Counted from the first letter of the stretch, positions 18,324 to 27,614 are shown. The stretch: DNA of 64,000 bases from Vulcanimicrobiota bacterium (GCA_050250895.1 JBFWNU010000005.1:224001-288000), one strand, 5' to 3'. Notes: generated by a model from the sequence alone, not told the origin. Numbers and translations are program-made.

Positions 18324-19038
18324 GTTTGCCGTAGTAGCGCTGGCGCACTCGAAGGTCTTCTTGCAGGCGGACGCTCTGTCGACTCAGCTCGAGCCCCTCG
18401 GGGTTTTCATAGTAGATTCCGATGGGTTCCTCGAAATGATGCAGCCGATAGCGTTCGGCGACCCGCAGCCAAAATTCCCAATCGCCCGAGACCTGAAAGC
18501 TCTCGTCGAACAGGCCCAAGCGATCGTGCAGGCTGCGCCGCCACATCGGGTTGGGGCCGCACAGGCACTGCAAGAGCAGGGCCTGGTGCTGGTAGGCCCT
18601 GCGTCGAACCCGCTGTAGGCGGCCGGCCGCCAGGGCGGTGGGCCAGTCGAGAACGTCCTCGGGGGTGACCGCCCGCCAGTTGTCGGGATAAACCAGGGCC
18701 ACCTCGGGAAGACTCTCCAAGCAGCAGACCAGGCGAGACAATCCGTCAGTCTGCATACGGTCATCGGTGTTGGCGTTGGTCAGAAACTCGCCCCGGGCGA
18801 TTTCGATGGCCCGATTCCAGGCTCCATAGACGGTCTGGTGGGGGGTTTCCAACAAGCGGATATTCGGGTGGCGACACTGGTAGTCAGCGGTGATTTCGGC
18901 CTCTCGCTGGGGCGAGCCGCTGACCACCACCACGATTTCGAGAGCCTGGCCAAGATCCTGGGCCAGGAGGTTGTCGAGCCTGGTGGCCAGCCAGGCCTCG
19001 GACCGATAGCAAGAGACCAGGGCCGAGACTTTGATCAA
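18292..19038 (-). CDS. glycosyltransferase family 2
   Basis: VSALVSCY, AWNRAI..ARGEF..NANTDD, FDESF..SGDWEFWLR motifs; TTG start coupled to the kinase stop. Confidence 0.9.
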   Translation of the reverse strand: MIKVSALVSCYRSEAWLATRLDNLLAQDLGQALEIVVVVSGSPQREAEITADYQCRHPNIRLLETPHQTVYGAWNRAIEIARGEFLTNANTDDRMQTDGLSRLVCCLESLPEVALVYPDNWRAVTPEDVLDWPTALAAGRLQRVRRRAYQHQALLLQCLCGPNPMWRRSLHDRLGLFDESFQVSGDWEFWLRVAERYRLHHFEEPIGIYYENPEGLELSRQSVRLQEDLRVRQRYYGKPTSSNRPPCP

Positions 19039-20006
19039 GCCAAACGTTCCAACAGGGTCCGGGCTTGCTCGCCCCGGTCAAGGTCGTAGCGGAGCCCCCA
19101 GCTCTGGGCCTGGGCGACCAGGTTGGTCAACAGCGAAAAGACGAAGCGGCTGGCCTGATCGAGCTCGGGTTGCGGCGGGATCTTGCGAAATAGCAGCATC
19201 GACTCGCGCAGCAACTCGTCGAGGGTCTCGCTGGTGGGGCGAGGCGCGAGCCCGGCGGGGCCGTCTTCGGGCAGCAGCCTCACCAGGTGAGCCACCTCGA
19301 CTGCCTGCCTGGGTCGGGGCAGGTCCAGCGGCAATTTTCCGTAAAAGTCGGGGCCGTCCCGAAGATGGCGGCCACACCAGGGAAGGAGCCCCAAGGCGTG
19401 CCGGGTGATCAAGGGCACCTGCAACGAGGCCACCCCCATCGGCTTGTCCCCGTCGAGAAAGAAGATAGGACTGTCGTCGGCCAGAAGCTGCCAGCCGGCT
19501 TCGACCATGCGCAAGGCCGTGGTCGTTTTTCCGATTCCCCCCGGGCCATATAACAATACCCCCCGGCCGTTCTTTGCCACCAGGGCGCCGTGGAGCGCTC
19601 GAAGTCCGGTCAGAGGAAAGACAAATCCCCGCAACACCGAGCGGAAGAAGGAGCTAAAGAAGTCCTCCGGAGAGTCGAGATAGCCTCGGCCCAGGCTGGC
19701 CCGGACGGTTGCGAGGGCGAAGTCTACCTCGATGAAGTGTTGACGGTCGCCGTCGATACGAGAGCGAAAGCGCGGGCGTTCGTAATAGCACGGTCCGCTC
19801 CCCAGGTTGTGTTCGGTCAAGAGGCCGCAGGCCTTGCCGACGCCAACAGGCCATTCGGCCAACTGCATCGTCCATTCCCGCCCGCCGCTATGGCCGTAGC
19901 CGTGAGGCAGCCGGGCCTCTAGCCACCGGAGCAGGCGGGGGCTCTGGCTGCGGATAGTCAGGCTCAGGCGAGGCAACTCGAGGCGCACCGCCTCTAGAGT
20001 CTTCAT
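19035..20006 (-). CDS. HprK-related P-loop kinase
   Basis: LHGALV..NGRGVLLYGPGGIGKTT (Walker A) and LLADD motifs of the HPr kinase/PEPCK-like fold. Confidence 0.85.
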   Translation of the reverse strand: MKTLEAVRLELPRLSLTIRSQSPRLLRWLEARLPHGYGHSGGREWTMQLAEWPVGVGKACGLLTEHNLGSGPCYYERPRFRSRIDGDRQHFIEVDFALATVRASLGRGYLDSPEDFFSSFFRSVLRGFVFPLTGLRALHGALVAKNGRGVLLYGPGGIGKTTTALRMVEAGWQLLADDSPIFFLDGDKPMGVASLQVPLITRHALGLLPWCGRHLRDGPDFYGKLPLDLPRPRQAVEVAHLVRLLPEDGPAGLAPRPTSETLDELLRESMLLFRKIPPQPELDQASRFVFSLLTNLVAQAQSWGLRYDLDRGEQARTLLERLA

Positions 20007-20043
20007 GCCAGGAGTTTAGCCTGCCGGCAAGTAACCCCCTTCC

Positions 20044-20385
20044 ATGAGTGATCGATTTCTCTGGCGGATCGTCAACGGCGAGGCTCTGGTGGTCGACCTG
20101 AGCAACGGCGACTACTATTCCCTAAATCCCACCGGGACCGAGATTCTCCGGCGCATGACCGAGGGCGAAGGGGCCGACCAAGTGGCTGCCTATCTCGAGG
20201 ACCGATTTGGCCGGGCCGTAGGCGAAGAGGTGGCTGACTTCTTTCGCCAGCTGCAGCACGAGCAGTTGGATGGGCTGGCGGGCGATTCGACCCAGGCCCT
20301 CGAGCTGGCCCAATACGCTCCCCCCGTGCTGCGCAAGTACAGCCAGCTGGACTCGTTGGCCGCTTATTCTCCAGACAAGCTCTGA
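20044..20385 (+). CDS. PqqD-family RiPP recognition element (RRE) with C-terminal lasso-leader-like tail
   Basis: RIVNGEALVVDL.NGDYYSLNPTG.EI...VA.YL...F...VADFFRQL is the canonical PqqD/RRE pattern; the tail is YAPPVLRKYSQLDSLAAYSPDKL. Confidence 0.88.
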   Translation: MSDRFLWRIVNGEALVVDLSNGDYYSLNPTGTEILRRMTEGEGADQVAAYLEDRFGRAVGEEVADFFRQLQHEQLDGLAGDSTQALELAQYAPPVLRKYSQLDSLAAYSPDKL

Positions 20386-21395
20386 AGAAACCCTTCCTTC
20401 ACCAGTTCACTCACGAAGCGCTCGAGCTCGTGTTGCAGCCGAGCCGGTTCGAGGCCCAGTCTGGCTCGCAGCTGCTCGAAAGCATCGTCGCCACTGCTGG
20501 TGAGGCAACGCCACATGAGCGCTCCCTGGCGGCCGACTTCCAACCGCCGCTGCCGGGTGGCCAGCCAGAGCGTGTCGGCCTGACTATACCAGCAGGCCAG
20601 ATCGTCGGCCGGTTTGAGGTCGGTCCGGGGTAAGGGAGGGCGCTTCAACGGCTGCCAGACCGCCACCCGGGGGCCGCTCCACCGGTCCCAAAAGGCGCCT
20701 AGCCGATAAGCGAGCGCGTAGGGGTCGAAGCCGCCACCGCCCACCCCGAAGCCGAACCTGCGGCCCACTCGGGCCGCGCCTCGTCCGTAGCGAAAGAAGC
20801 GGGCCAGCATGCCCACTCGGCCGCGCCGATCAAGATGAATGACTGGATCCTGATCGGTCAGGGCCAGAGGCCACCCGGCCAGTAAAGCCCGCCAGCACAG
20901 TTCGACATCCTCGCAGGCCGGCAAGCTTTCGTCAAAGCCCCTCAGTTCGTCGAGCACCTGCCGGCGAAAGAGGGCGTTGCCGGTCTTTAGCCAGGCAAAG
21001 GGGCTACGCAGCCAGCTGAGCTCGTCGGTCGAGGGCGGGCTCGCACCCAGGTAACGCCACTCGATGGGACCACCCACGGCTCCCGCCTGGCTCGACTCCA
21101 GACGCGCCAACAGGCCTCCCGGCCATCCGCGTGCGACTTGACAATGGGCGTCAAGAAAGGCCACCAGAGGCGAGCGGCCGGCGGCGATACCCAGGTTGCG
21201 GGCCCGTCCGACCGACCCATGGCCGGCTAGCACCTGAGCTCCATGCCGGCGGGCCAGGGCGGCCGTGGCGTCAGACGAGCCGTTGTCGACCACCACCGGA
21301 CGCAATAGCCTGGCCATGCTGGTGCCGGCCAGGCTCTCGAGGCAGGCACCGATATCGCGCTCCTCGTTGCGGGCCGGGATGATGACGTCGATCAA
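20364..21395 (-). CDS. glycosyltransferase family 2 with C-terminal PqqD/RRE-like domain
   Basis: VIIPARNE, VVDNGS.D, ARN.G, FLDAH, GFDESL..CEDVELCWR motifs. Residues ~260-338 read QGALMWRCL...LRARLG...LQHELERFVSELVKEGFL. Confidence 0.85.
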   Translation of the reverse strand: MIDVIIPARNEERDIGACLESLAGTSMARLLRPVVVDNGSSDATAALARRHGAQVLAGHGSVGRARNLGIAAGRSPLVAFLDAHCQVARGWPGGLLARLESSQAGAVGGPIEWRYLGASPPSTDELSWLRSPFAWLKTGNALFRRQVLDELRGFDESLPACEDVELCWRALLAGWPLALTDQDPVIHLDRRGRVGMLARFFRYGRGAARVGRRFGFGVGGGGFDPYALAYRLGAFWDRWSGPRVAVWQPLKRPPLPRTDLKPADDLACWYSQADTLWLATRQRRLEVGRQGALMWRCLTSSGDDAFEQLRARLGLEPARLQHELERFVSELVKEGFLQSLSGE

Positions 21396-22795
21396 GAGAT
21401 GGCCACCTGCAGTTCGTCGAACAGTTCTTCACGCCATTGGTCGAGCTGTCCTGGCCCTAGCTGCTCAGGGGGCCGGTCGGGTTGGATGGCCTTGAGGTCC
21501 AGACCCTGGGGGTAGCCGGGTCGCGGTCCGAGGTAGTGGTCGCGCGTGGCCAGCAAACACAGGTCCCACAAGCCGGCCTTGAGGCCTTCCCACTGGAGGG
21601 TGCTGACGCTTCCCCTTCGAGCGGGATAGGTGGTCATGTGCTGGCGCCGCCGCGACCAGCCACGTTCGAAGGCCTCGAAGTCGTTGTAGGGAGAGCCCGG
21701 GTAGCGCGGTCGGTGTTGATAGCAATAGGGAGAGATTCCGCTGGCCCCGCTCTTGTAAAGACCAAAGCCGGCCAGCACTCGGTGCGTCATCGCCTGCTCC
21801 GGGTAGGTTTGCCAATAGAAGTAGGTGTTTTGCGGTCGCAGCTGAGGAAAAGCCTCGAGCATCTCCATCGGAGCGGCGCCGCCATCGAGGCACAGACTGA
21901 CGATGTCGGGACCCCCGCCACTGAAGGTCTGCCAGGATACGGCCGAGGCCATGGTGGGCCAGTGCGGATAGAGCCTGCGGGCCAGGGTCAGATTGCGATG
22001 GTGGACCTCCCAGGTGTTCCCTCCGGCGTCGACTTCGTCGCTGACATAGAGAACCGGCTGCATGGCGTGAAAGTCGAGCTTGGCCAGCCAGCGGGGAAAT
22101 GGCTGCAGCAACACGGCCCGGCCGCAAAAGCCGCACTCGCTGGCCAGGTCGAGCACCTTCTGGGCCAGCCGCTGACTGCGCTCTCTGAGGCTGAAGCTCG
22201 TAAAGCCCGCCGTTCGAATGTCGCGCAGTTGCCAGCGCAACTCGGCTTCGTCGACATAGTGTTGGCTGCGACGGGGATCCAGGGTGGCCCGCAGCCAGAG
22301 CATTCGGTCTTGAGCGGGCTCGACCGGACGCACACCCAGGACCTCGACTTCGATGGGCAGGCAGAATTCGCGGCCACTCGCCCGCGCCACCAGTTGGGTT
22401 TGGTAGACCCCCGCCGGTTGGTCGGGCGGCACCCGCAGGCTCAGCCACAGTCGCTTGGGGAGCCGACCCAGCCGGGTCACGGCCGGTCCGGCCAGGCGCA
22501 GGTCGGGGGGCTGATAGTAGTAGCGCCACCCTTTGCGCAGGTAGCCATCCTCGATGGCGTCCTGGTCGCACTTGAGCAGCTTCTCGGGCACGGGCTTGAG
22601 GCGTTCCTGAAAGAAGCCGTCGCCGGGCTTGGGGGTGTCCTCGACGACGAAGGCTTCTCCGTGCAAGCCACGTTGGGGTGGGTATTCGACCACCAGCGTG
22701 CTATCGGGCTGCCCGCTCGCCCACAGTTCAAAGCCCAACTCCTGGCCCGGAAGCGCTCGCAGGCTGCGCCGGCTGGGGTCGAAGGTGAGAGTCAC
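21392..22795 (-). CDS. glycoside hydrolase family 123 / DUF4091-like protein
   Basis: LWLSLRVPPDQPAGVY...LPIEVEVL, YVSDE and C-terminal STLQWEGLKAG..DL motif; no signal peptide. Confidence 0.55.
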   Translation of the reverse strand: MTLTFDPSRRSLRALPGQELGFELWASGQPDSTLVVEYPPQRGLHGEAFVVEDTPKPGDGFFQERLKPVPEKLLKCDQDAIEDGYLRKGWRYYYQPPDLRLAGPAVTRLGRLPKRLWLSLRVPPDQPAGVYQTQLVARASGREFCLPIEVEVLGVRPVEPAQDRMLWLRATLDPRRSQHYVDEAELRWQLRDIRTAGFTSFSLRERSQRLAQKVLDLASECGFCGRAVLLQPFPRWLAKLDFHAMQPVLYVSDEVDAGGNTWEVHHRNLTLARRLYPHWPTMASAVSWQTFSGGGPDIVSLCLDGGAAPMEMLEAFPQLRPQNTYFYWQTYPEQAMTHRVLAGFGLYKSGASGISPYCYQHRPRYPGSPYNDFEAFERGWSRRRQHMTTYPARRGSVSTLQWEGLKAGLWDLCLLATRDHYLGPRPGYPQGLDLKAIQPDRPPEQLGPGQLDQWREELFDELQVAIS

Positions 22796-24039
22796 GAGAG
22801 CTTGGCCTGGAGCCTCTGACGGCTTTCGGGAAAGGTGAGCAGCACCTGGCAGAGATCGTATTGGGCCTTGAACACCGCCTGGCAGGCGCCCGGGCAGGCG
22901 GCCAGGGTGGCCGCCTCGTCGCGAAGCTGGCTCAACCGCACCGGGTCGAGGCCCACTTCAAGCTGCTGCCGCAAAGCTCGCTCGATCCGGTTGGCCGTTC
23001 GCTCCACCTGGGGCGGAGTGAAATGCCCGCCCTCAACCAGCCTGGCAGCCAGATCCTCGAGCCTGGCCTGGTCCACGGCGGGTTGAACCTCGAGTCTTTC
23101 GAGGACGGCCTGGAGGCGACCAGCCACCGTGTCCCAATCAGGCAGGCAGCCCACCGTCTCCAGTCCCCTGGCTCTCAGGCGCTGGGCCAACCGGGGTTGA
23201 GCTTGCAGGCGGCGCAGGCCTTCGGCCAATTCGGTCGGCGAGCCGGGCTCGACCAGCAGCAGGTTGTGCTCATCATGCCCGTATTCCTCGACCCCGCCGT
23301 TGCGGCTACAGAGGACCGGGACACCGCAGGCCATGGCCTCCAGCGGCGGCAGTCCCAGGCTTTCGTAGCGGCTCGACGAGCAGAGCACATCGCAGCCTGC
23401 GATGATGGAGCCCAATTGCTGGCGCGGCGGGTTGTGATGGTGCTCAACCTGAAAAGGCACTTCAGGCGGGTTCGGATTGCGCGAGACCATGACCAGCACG
23501 TAAGCGAAGTCGAGCGTTTCGAGCGCTTTGACCACCGCCGCGAAGTCTTTGACCGGCAACCTGTCGTCGCCGATCCAGAGAATTCGAAATGCCCCCTTTC
23601 GAGTTCGTCGGCGGGGTTGGAAATGCTGCCTGTCCAGGGCCAGTTGCAGATAGATCGACGGCCTGCCGAGTTGGGCCAGCAGCCGGGCCAGCGGGCGGGA
23701 AGTAGCGATGAGGGTGAAGGGCAGGTCGAGCAGTTCTTGGTAGATGGGCCGATTGGGTCCGGTCTGGAAGGGCTCGTAGGATTGGCATAAGACGGCCACC
23801 GGAGCCCTGCTTCGGGTTAGCACCCAGGGCAGCAAATTCAAGTGGGACAGCAAAATCCGCTGGCCCGAGAACTTCTGCGGAAAGTCCCTCGCCTGGGCGA
23901 AGGGAACCCCCAGGTCGAACCAATCCGGCTTGGGGCCAAAAGAGACGACGTGGGCCCCGGGCAACCGATTGGCAAGCTCGAGCAGCACCCGCGTGCCGCC
24001 TCCCACTGCGGTCGAAGCCATGAGCACTTGCGTCCTCAT
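22792..24039 (-). CDS. glycosyltransferase family 4 with C-terminal helical extension
   Basis: GGGTRV, SSRYESLGLPPLEAMACGVPV; ATG 24039 overlaps the sulfotransferase stop. Confidence 0.9.
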   Translation of the reverse strand: MRTQVLMASTAVGGGTRVLLELANRLPGAHVVSFGPKPDWFDLGVPFAQARDFPQKFSGQRILLSHLNLLPWVLTRSRAPVAVLCQSYEPFQTGPNRPIYQELLDLPFTLIATSRPLARLLAQLGRPSIYLQLALDRQHFQPRRRTRKGAFRILWIGDDRLPVKDFAAVVKALETLDFAYVLVMVSRNPNPPEVPFQVEHHHNPPRQQLGSIIAGCDVLCSSSRYESLGLPPLEAMACGVPVLCSRNGGVEEYGHDEHNLLLVEPGSPTELAEGLRRLQAQPRLAQRLRARGLETVGCLPDWDTVAGRLQAVLERLEVQPAVDQARLEDLAARLVEGGHFTPPQVERTANRIERALRQQLEVGLDPVRLSQLRDEAATLAACPGACQAVFKAQYDLCQVLLTFPESRQRLQAKLS

Positions 24040-24653
24040 CGGGTCAACATCTGCCGATAAGCCTGGTCCCAATGGATGTGCTCGGCTTGCCACCCGGGCC
24101 CGATGGAGTAGCGGTCGAGCGGACGGGGACGCTCCTGGGCGATGGCCTGGCGAACTCGGGTCTGATCGACCGACCCGGCCCCGAGCCACTCGATGACCCT
24201 GCTCAGAGTGGCCTCTGGGTCGGCGAGCATGGATTCGTAGCTGACCACGAGACCGGCGCGAGGCAACCATTTGTGGCAAAAGGCCAGATGGTAGGCCAGG
24301 CCGCGCCTGGCGAAGGTGTCCCAATCCTCGGCCTCGAGTCGGGGCAGCCGTCCCTCTTCAAAGAGCTGGTAGTAGGAACGAAGGGCCGGTAGGGGAGAGC
24401 GCACCTGAACCAGGCAGGGCAAGTCGGTGGCCAGACTCAGGTCGAGATCGTGGTGCTTCTGAAAGTTGGTCTCGGGCAGGCTGCACGGCACTTGATGGCA
24501 GTGGCCATAATAGCTACAGTAGACGAATGCACGATTGGGCTCGGGATGGGTCGAGACCGGGCCTGGTCCGTTGAAATAATCCCACAACAGGCGGACCAGC
24601 AGGTGGTGGCCACTGCGGGGAAAGCTAACGCAGATAGCCCTGGTCAGTTCCAA
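24036..24653 (-). CDS. sulfotransferase-family protein
   Basis: SFPRSGHHLL (5'-PSB loop), KHHD, VRSP..ALRSYY (3'-PB) and SYESMLADP motifs; TTG 24653 with AGGAG RBS. Confidence 0.75.
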   Translation of the reverse strand: MELTRAICVSFPRSGHHLLVRLLWDYFNGPGPVSTHPEPNRAFVYCSYYGHCHQVPCSLPETNFQKHHDLDLSLATDLPCLVQVRSPLPALRSYYQLFEEGRLPRLEAEDWDTFARRGLAYHLAFCHKWLPRAGLVVSYESMLADPEATLSRVIEWLGAGSVDQTRVRQAIAQERPRPLDRYSIGPGWQAEHIHWDQAYRQMLTR

Positions 24654-25936
24654 AGGCTCGGCTCCTGGGACCAGGTCAGCAGCACCCCGGCCAGGTCGAA
24701 ACTGGCCCGCGCCGCGCCGTAGAACTCGGCCGTGGGGCATTCGAGCAAGGCTGCCAGCCGGTGACGAACATCCTCGAGTTGGCGGCGCTCTGGCTGGCCA
24801 AGAACTCCGCCCGAGCGACACTGGGCGATCACTTCGCGTGCCTGCTCGCAAACGCGATAGGTCTCGATGGGAGTGAATACTCCCTGCTCCACCAGTTCTT
24901 TGGCTAGCCGCTCGAGTTCGGCCTGGTCCGGCTGCCAGGGCCGGGCGTCGGCCAGGACCTGCTCGAACGCCCGCAGGGTTGCCGGCCACTCGAAGCGCCC
25001 TTCGAGGTCGCGCCGTGCTTGCCGGCTCAGGCGCTCCCCGAGCCCCTCCTCGGTCAAGACCTGCTCTAGAGCACGGGCCATGGCGGCGCGATCTCCGGCT
25101 TCCACCAACAGCATGTTCTGGCCGGCGCGCCCGTAGTCGTCGACCCCCAGGTTGCGGGTCGAGACCACCGGCAGCCCGCTGGCCATGGCTTGCAGGGTCG
25201 CCAGATCGTGCCCCTCATACCACGAGCTGCAGAGATAGGCGTGGCAGCTGGCAAAGGCCTCCTCTAGCTGGTCGGGGTCGGGCTTGTAGAGGACCTGCCA
25301 GCCAAACTGATGGCCCTCGAGGTGGTCGCGTGGGGACGTCTCGGGGCTGAGCAAGACCAGTTCGAAGTCGAATCGCCTGGCCAGTTCGTCGAGGGCGGCA
25401 AAGCCGTCGCTCATGCCTTTGTAGGGAGCCAGCGGTGCCCCGCTCATCAAGATGCGCAACGGCCCTGTCGGCCGGGACCGATAGGCGAGCTTCTCGATGC
25501 CCACCGGAACGTAGTGGCTGGGTTGTCCTAGCAGCCCCTGCACCGAGCGAGAGACGGCCACCAGATTCAGCGGCAACGCCTCGATGGCCCCAAACACGGG
25601 ACAGGGCCGGCGTAGCTCCTCGAGGGTCTGGCCGTAGTAAAAGCTCTCGTAGCCCTGGCAAAAGAAGATCAGTTTGGGGCTGAATCGGCCCACGCTTGGC
25701 ACCAGGTGAGCATTGGAGACCACCACCACCTCGGGTTGGCGTGCCTGGATCAGCCCGGGCAGGTCGTCACTCTGAACAAATGGAGCCTGGAGCGAATACC
25801 AGTCAGGCCGGCTGCCCCACGAGGCCACCTCGACTCGCCGGCCGCTGGCCAGCAGCCGGTCGGCCAGACCAAATAGCAGGCGGGTGCAGTCTCCCATGAC
25901 AGTTCGGGTCAGGCAGAAGAGAATCTCAGCTTTCAC
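24644..25936 (-). CDS. glycosyltransferase family 4 with C-terminal helical extension
   Basis: FCQGYE, YKG and [21 protein letters not shown] motifs; paralogue of 22792..24039. Confidence 0.88.
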   Translation of the reverse strand: MKAEILFCLTRTVMGDCTRLLFGLADRLLASGRRVEVASWGSRPDWYSLQAPFVQSDDLPGLIQARQPEVVVVSNAHLVPSVGRFSPKLIFFCQGYESFYYGQTLEELRRPCPVFGAIEALPLNLVAVSRSVQGLLGQPSHYVPVGIEKLAYRSRPTGPLRILMSGAPLAPYKGMSDGFAALDELARRFDFELVLLSPETSPRDHLEGHQFGWQVLYKPDPDQLEEAFASCHAYLCSSWYEGHDLATLQAMASGLPVVSTRNLGVDDYGRAGQNMLLVEAGDRAAMARALEQVLTEEGLGERLSRQARRDLEGRFEWPATLRAFEQVLADARPWQPDQAELERLAKELVEQGVFTPIETYRVCEQAREVIAQCRSGGVLGQPERRQLEDVRHRLAALLECPTAEFYGAARASFDLAGVLLTWSQEPSLWN

Positions 25937-26855
25937 GTCGCATCGCTCCCTGGCGGTACCAGGCGATGGTGCGGGCCAGTCCTTCGTCGAAGCTGGTGGT
26001 GGCCCGCCAGCCGAAGGCCTCTTCGGCGAGCCGACTGTCGACCAGTCGCCTGGGCTGGCCGTCGGGCCGGCTCCTATCGAACTCGATGGGCCCCTCGAAT
26101 CCCGTCAGACGGGCGATTTTTGTAGCCAGATCGGCCACCTTGATCTCCTGGCCTGAACCCAGGTTGACCGGCTCTGACTCGGAGTAGGCCTCGGCAGCCC
26201 GCACAATCGCCTCGGCGGCGTCGTCGACGTAGAGAAACTCGCGGGTGGCCCGGCCGCTGCCCCAGACGGTCAGACCTTGTCCGCTGAGGCACTTGCCAAT
26301 CAGGGCTGGAATGACGTGGCTGGTGTCCGGGTCGATGTGATCGCCCGGCCCGTAGAGGTTGACCGGCATCAAGAAGATCGAGTTGAACCCATATTGCTGG
26401 CGATAGGCCTGACCGGCTACCAGCATCATCTTTTTGGCCAGGGCATAGGGAGCGTTGGTCTCTTCGGGATAGCCATTCCACAGGTCGTTCTCGTTGAAGG
26501 GCACGGGGGTGTGCTTGGGATAGCAGCAGACGGTCCCCACCGAGACGAACTTTTCGACCCCGGCCTGCCAGCAAGCGTGAAAAAAGGGAACTCCCATCAT
26601 CAGGTTGTCATAGAAGAACTCGGCCGGGCGGGCCTGATTGGCTCCAATACCTCCCACCCGGGCGGCCAGATGGATGACCACCTCCGGCTCGGCCTCGGCC
26701 AGGAGCCTTTGGCCGGCGCCCGCCTGGCACAGGTCGCGCTCAGACCCCACGGCCGTCACCCTGGCCCCGGCCCGCTCGAGTCGGGGCACGACGTAGCCAC
26801 CGAGAAAACCCGTGCCACCGGTAACCAGCACCGCTTTGCCTGTCCAAAACGACAT
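25926..26855 (-). CDS. fcl: GDP-L-fucose synthase
   Basis: [59 protein letters not shown] and PDGQPRR motifs. Confidence 0.95.
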   Translation of the reverse strand: MSFWTGKAVLVTGGTGFLGGYVVPRLERAGARVTAVGSERDLCQAGAGQRLLAEAEPEVVIHLAARVGGIGANQARPAEFFYDNLMMGVPFFHACWQAGVEKFVSVGTVCCYPKHTPVPFNENDLWNGYPEETNAPYALAKKMMLVAGQAYRQQYGFNSIFLMPVNLYGPGDHIDPDTSHVIPALIGKCLSGQGLTVWGSGRATREFLYVDDAAEAIVRAAEAYSESEPVNLGSGQEIKVADLATKIARLTGFEGPIEFDRSRPDGQPRRLVDSRLAEEAFGWRATTSFDEGLARTIAWYRQGAMRRES

Positions 26856-27041
26856 GTGACGCTGCTTCCCGCGCCCCGCTCCTGATCCCTGGGCGCTGGC
26901 GAGGAGTTGCCGTCAATTTGGCCGGGAGGACGTGACCGTGATTGGCGGGTCTTCGGGCGGTAGGTAGCAGACATGCTCGGGTCGGGCCATAGTCTGACCA
27001 TAGCCGCAGGCGGGCATCCGCGCCATGCCGAACTCAGCTAC

Positions 27042-27614
27042 GTGCTACCGCTGCCTCATCGACGCTTTTCGGCCGAGGAATATTTGCGCCTGGAGGCCGA
27101 CTCCGCCTCCAGAAGCGAGTTCCACGAGGGCCTGATTTATGCCATGACAGGCGGGTCGCTCGACCACAATCGCATCGTATGCAATCTGGTCCATCAGCTT
27201 CGTCTGGGTCTCGACGGGTCGGACTGCGAGGTCTTCAGCTCGGATGTTCGCCTGGCGGTAGAGGCGCATCAGCTATTCACCTATCCCGACGTGCTGGTCG
27301 TGTGCGGCTCCCCCCGGCTCTTCGAGGGGCGCAACGACACCCTGGTCGACGCCACGCTGATCGTAGAGGTGCTCTCCCCCTCGACCGAGTCCTACGATCG
27401 AGACCAGAAGTTCCGTTTTTACCGCGCCCTGCCTTCGCTCGAAGAGTATGTCACCGTGGCCCAGGCTTCGGTGTTGGTCGAGCAGCACCAACGCCAGTCC
27501 GACAGCACCTGGCTGCTCCGAGAGCATCACTCGCTCAGCCAGAGGCTTGCCCTCCGGTCGCTGGGGGTCGAGATCGGCCTCGAGGGAATCTATCAGAACA
27601 TCGAGGGGCTGTGA
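27042..27614 (+). CDS. Uma2 family endonuclease (DUF820), intact copy B
   Basis: FSAEEYL..E...RSEF.EG.IYAM.GGS..H, YPDV.VVC, IVEVLSPST..YDR..KF..Y motifs; start GTG 27042. Confidence 0.92.
   Translation: MLPLPHRRFSAEEYLRLEADSASRSEFHEGLIYAMTGGSLDHNRIVCNLVHQLRLGLDGSDCEVFSSDVRLAVEAHQLFTYPDVLVVCGSPRLFEGRNDTLVDATLIVEVLSPSTESYDRDQKFRFYRALPSLEEYVTVAQASVLVEQHQRQSDSTWLLREHHSLSQRLALRSLGVEIGLEGIYQNIEGL

Noticed and set aside
19035-21395. Canonical lasso peptide, PQQ or mycofactocin gene cluster
   Set aside because: There is no asparagine-synthetase-like cyclase, transglutaminase-like B2 protease, PqqB/C/E or MftC radical SAM in the window, and the putative core is too short for a lasso ring.
21482-22819. 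Long antisense ORFs (also 35410..36816, 46699..48099, 52965..54320, 58984..60138, 11907..12887)
   Set aside because: These are shadow frames opposite well-supported genes, expected from GC-rich codon bias, and show no recognisable motifs.
25926-26855. Complete GDP-fucose pathway
   Set aside because: No gmd (GDP-mannose 4,6-dehydratase) in the window, so fucose supply depends on genes elsewhere and fucosylation remains an inference.
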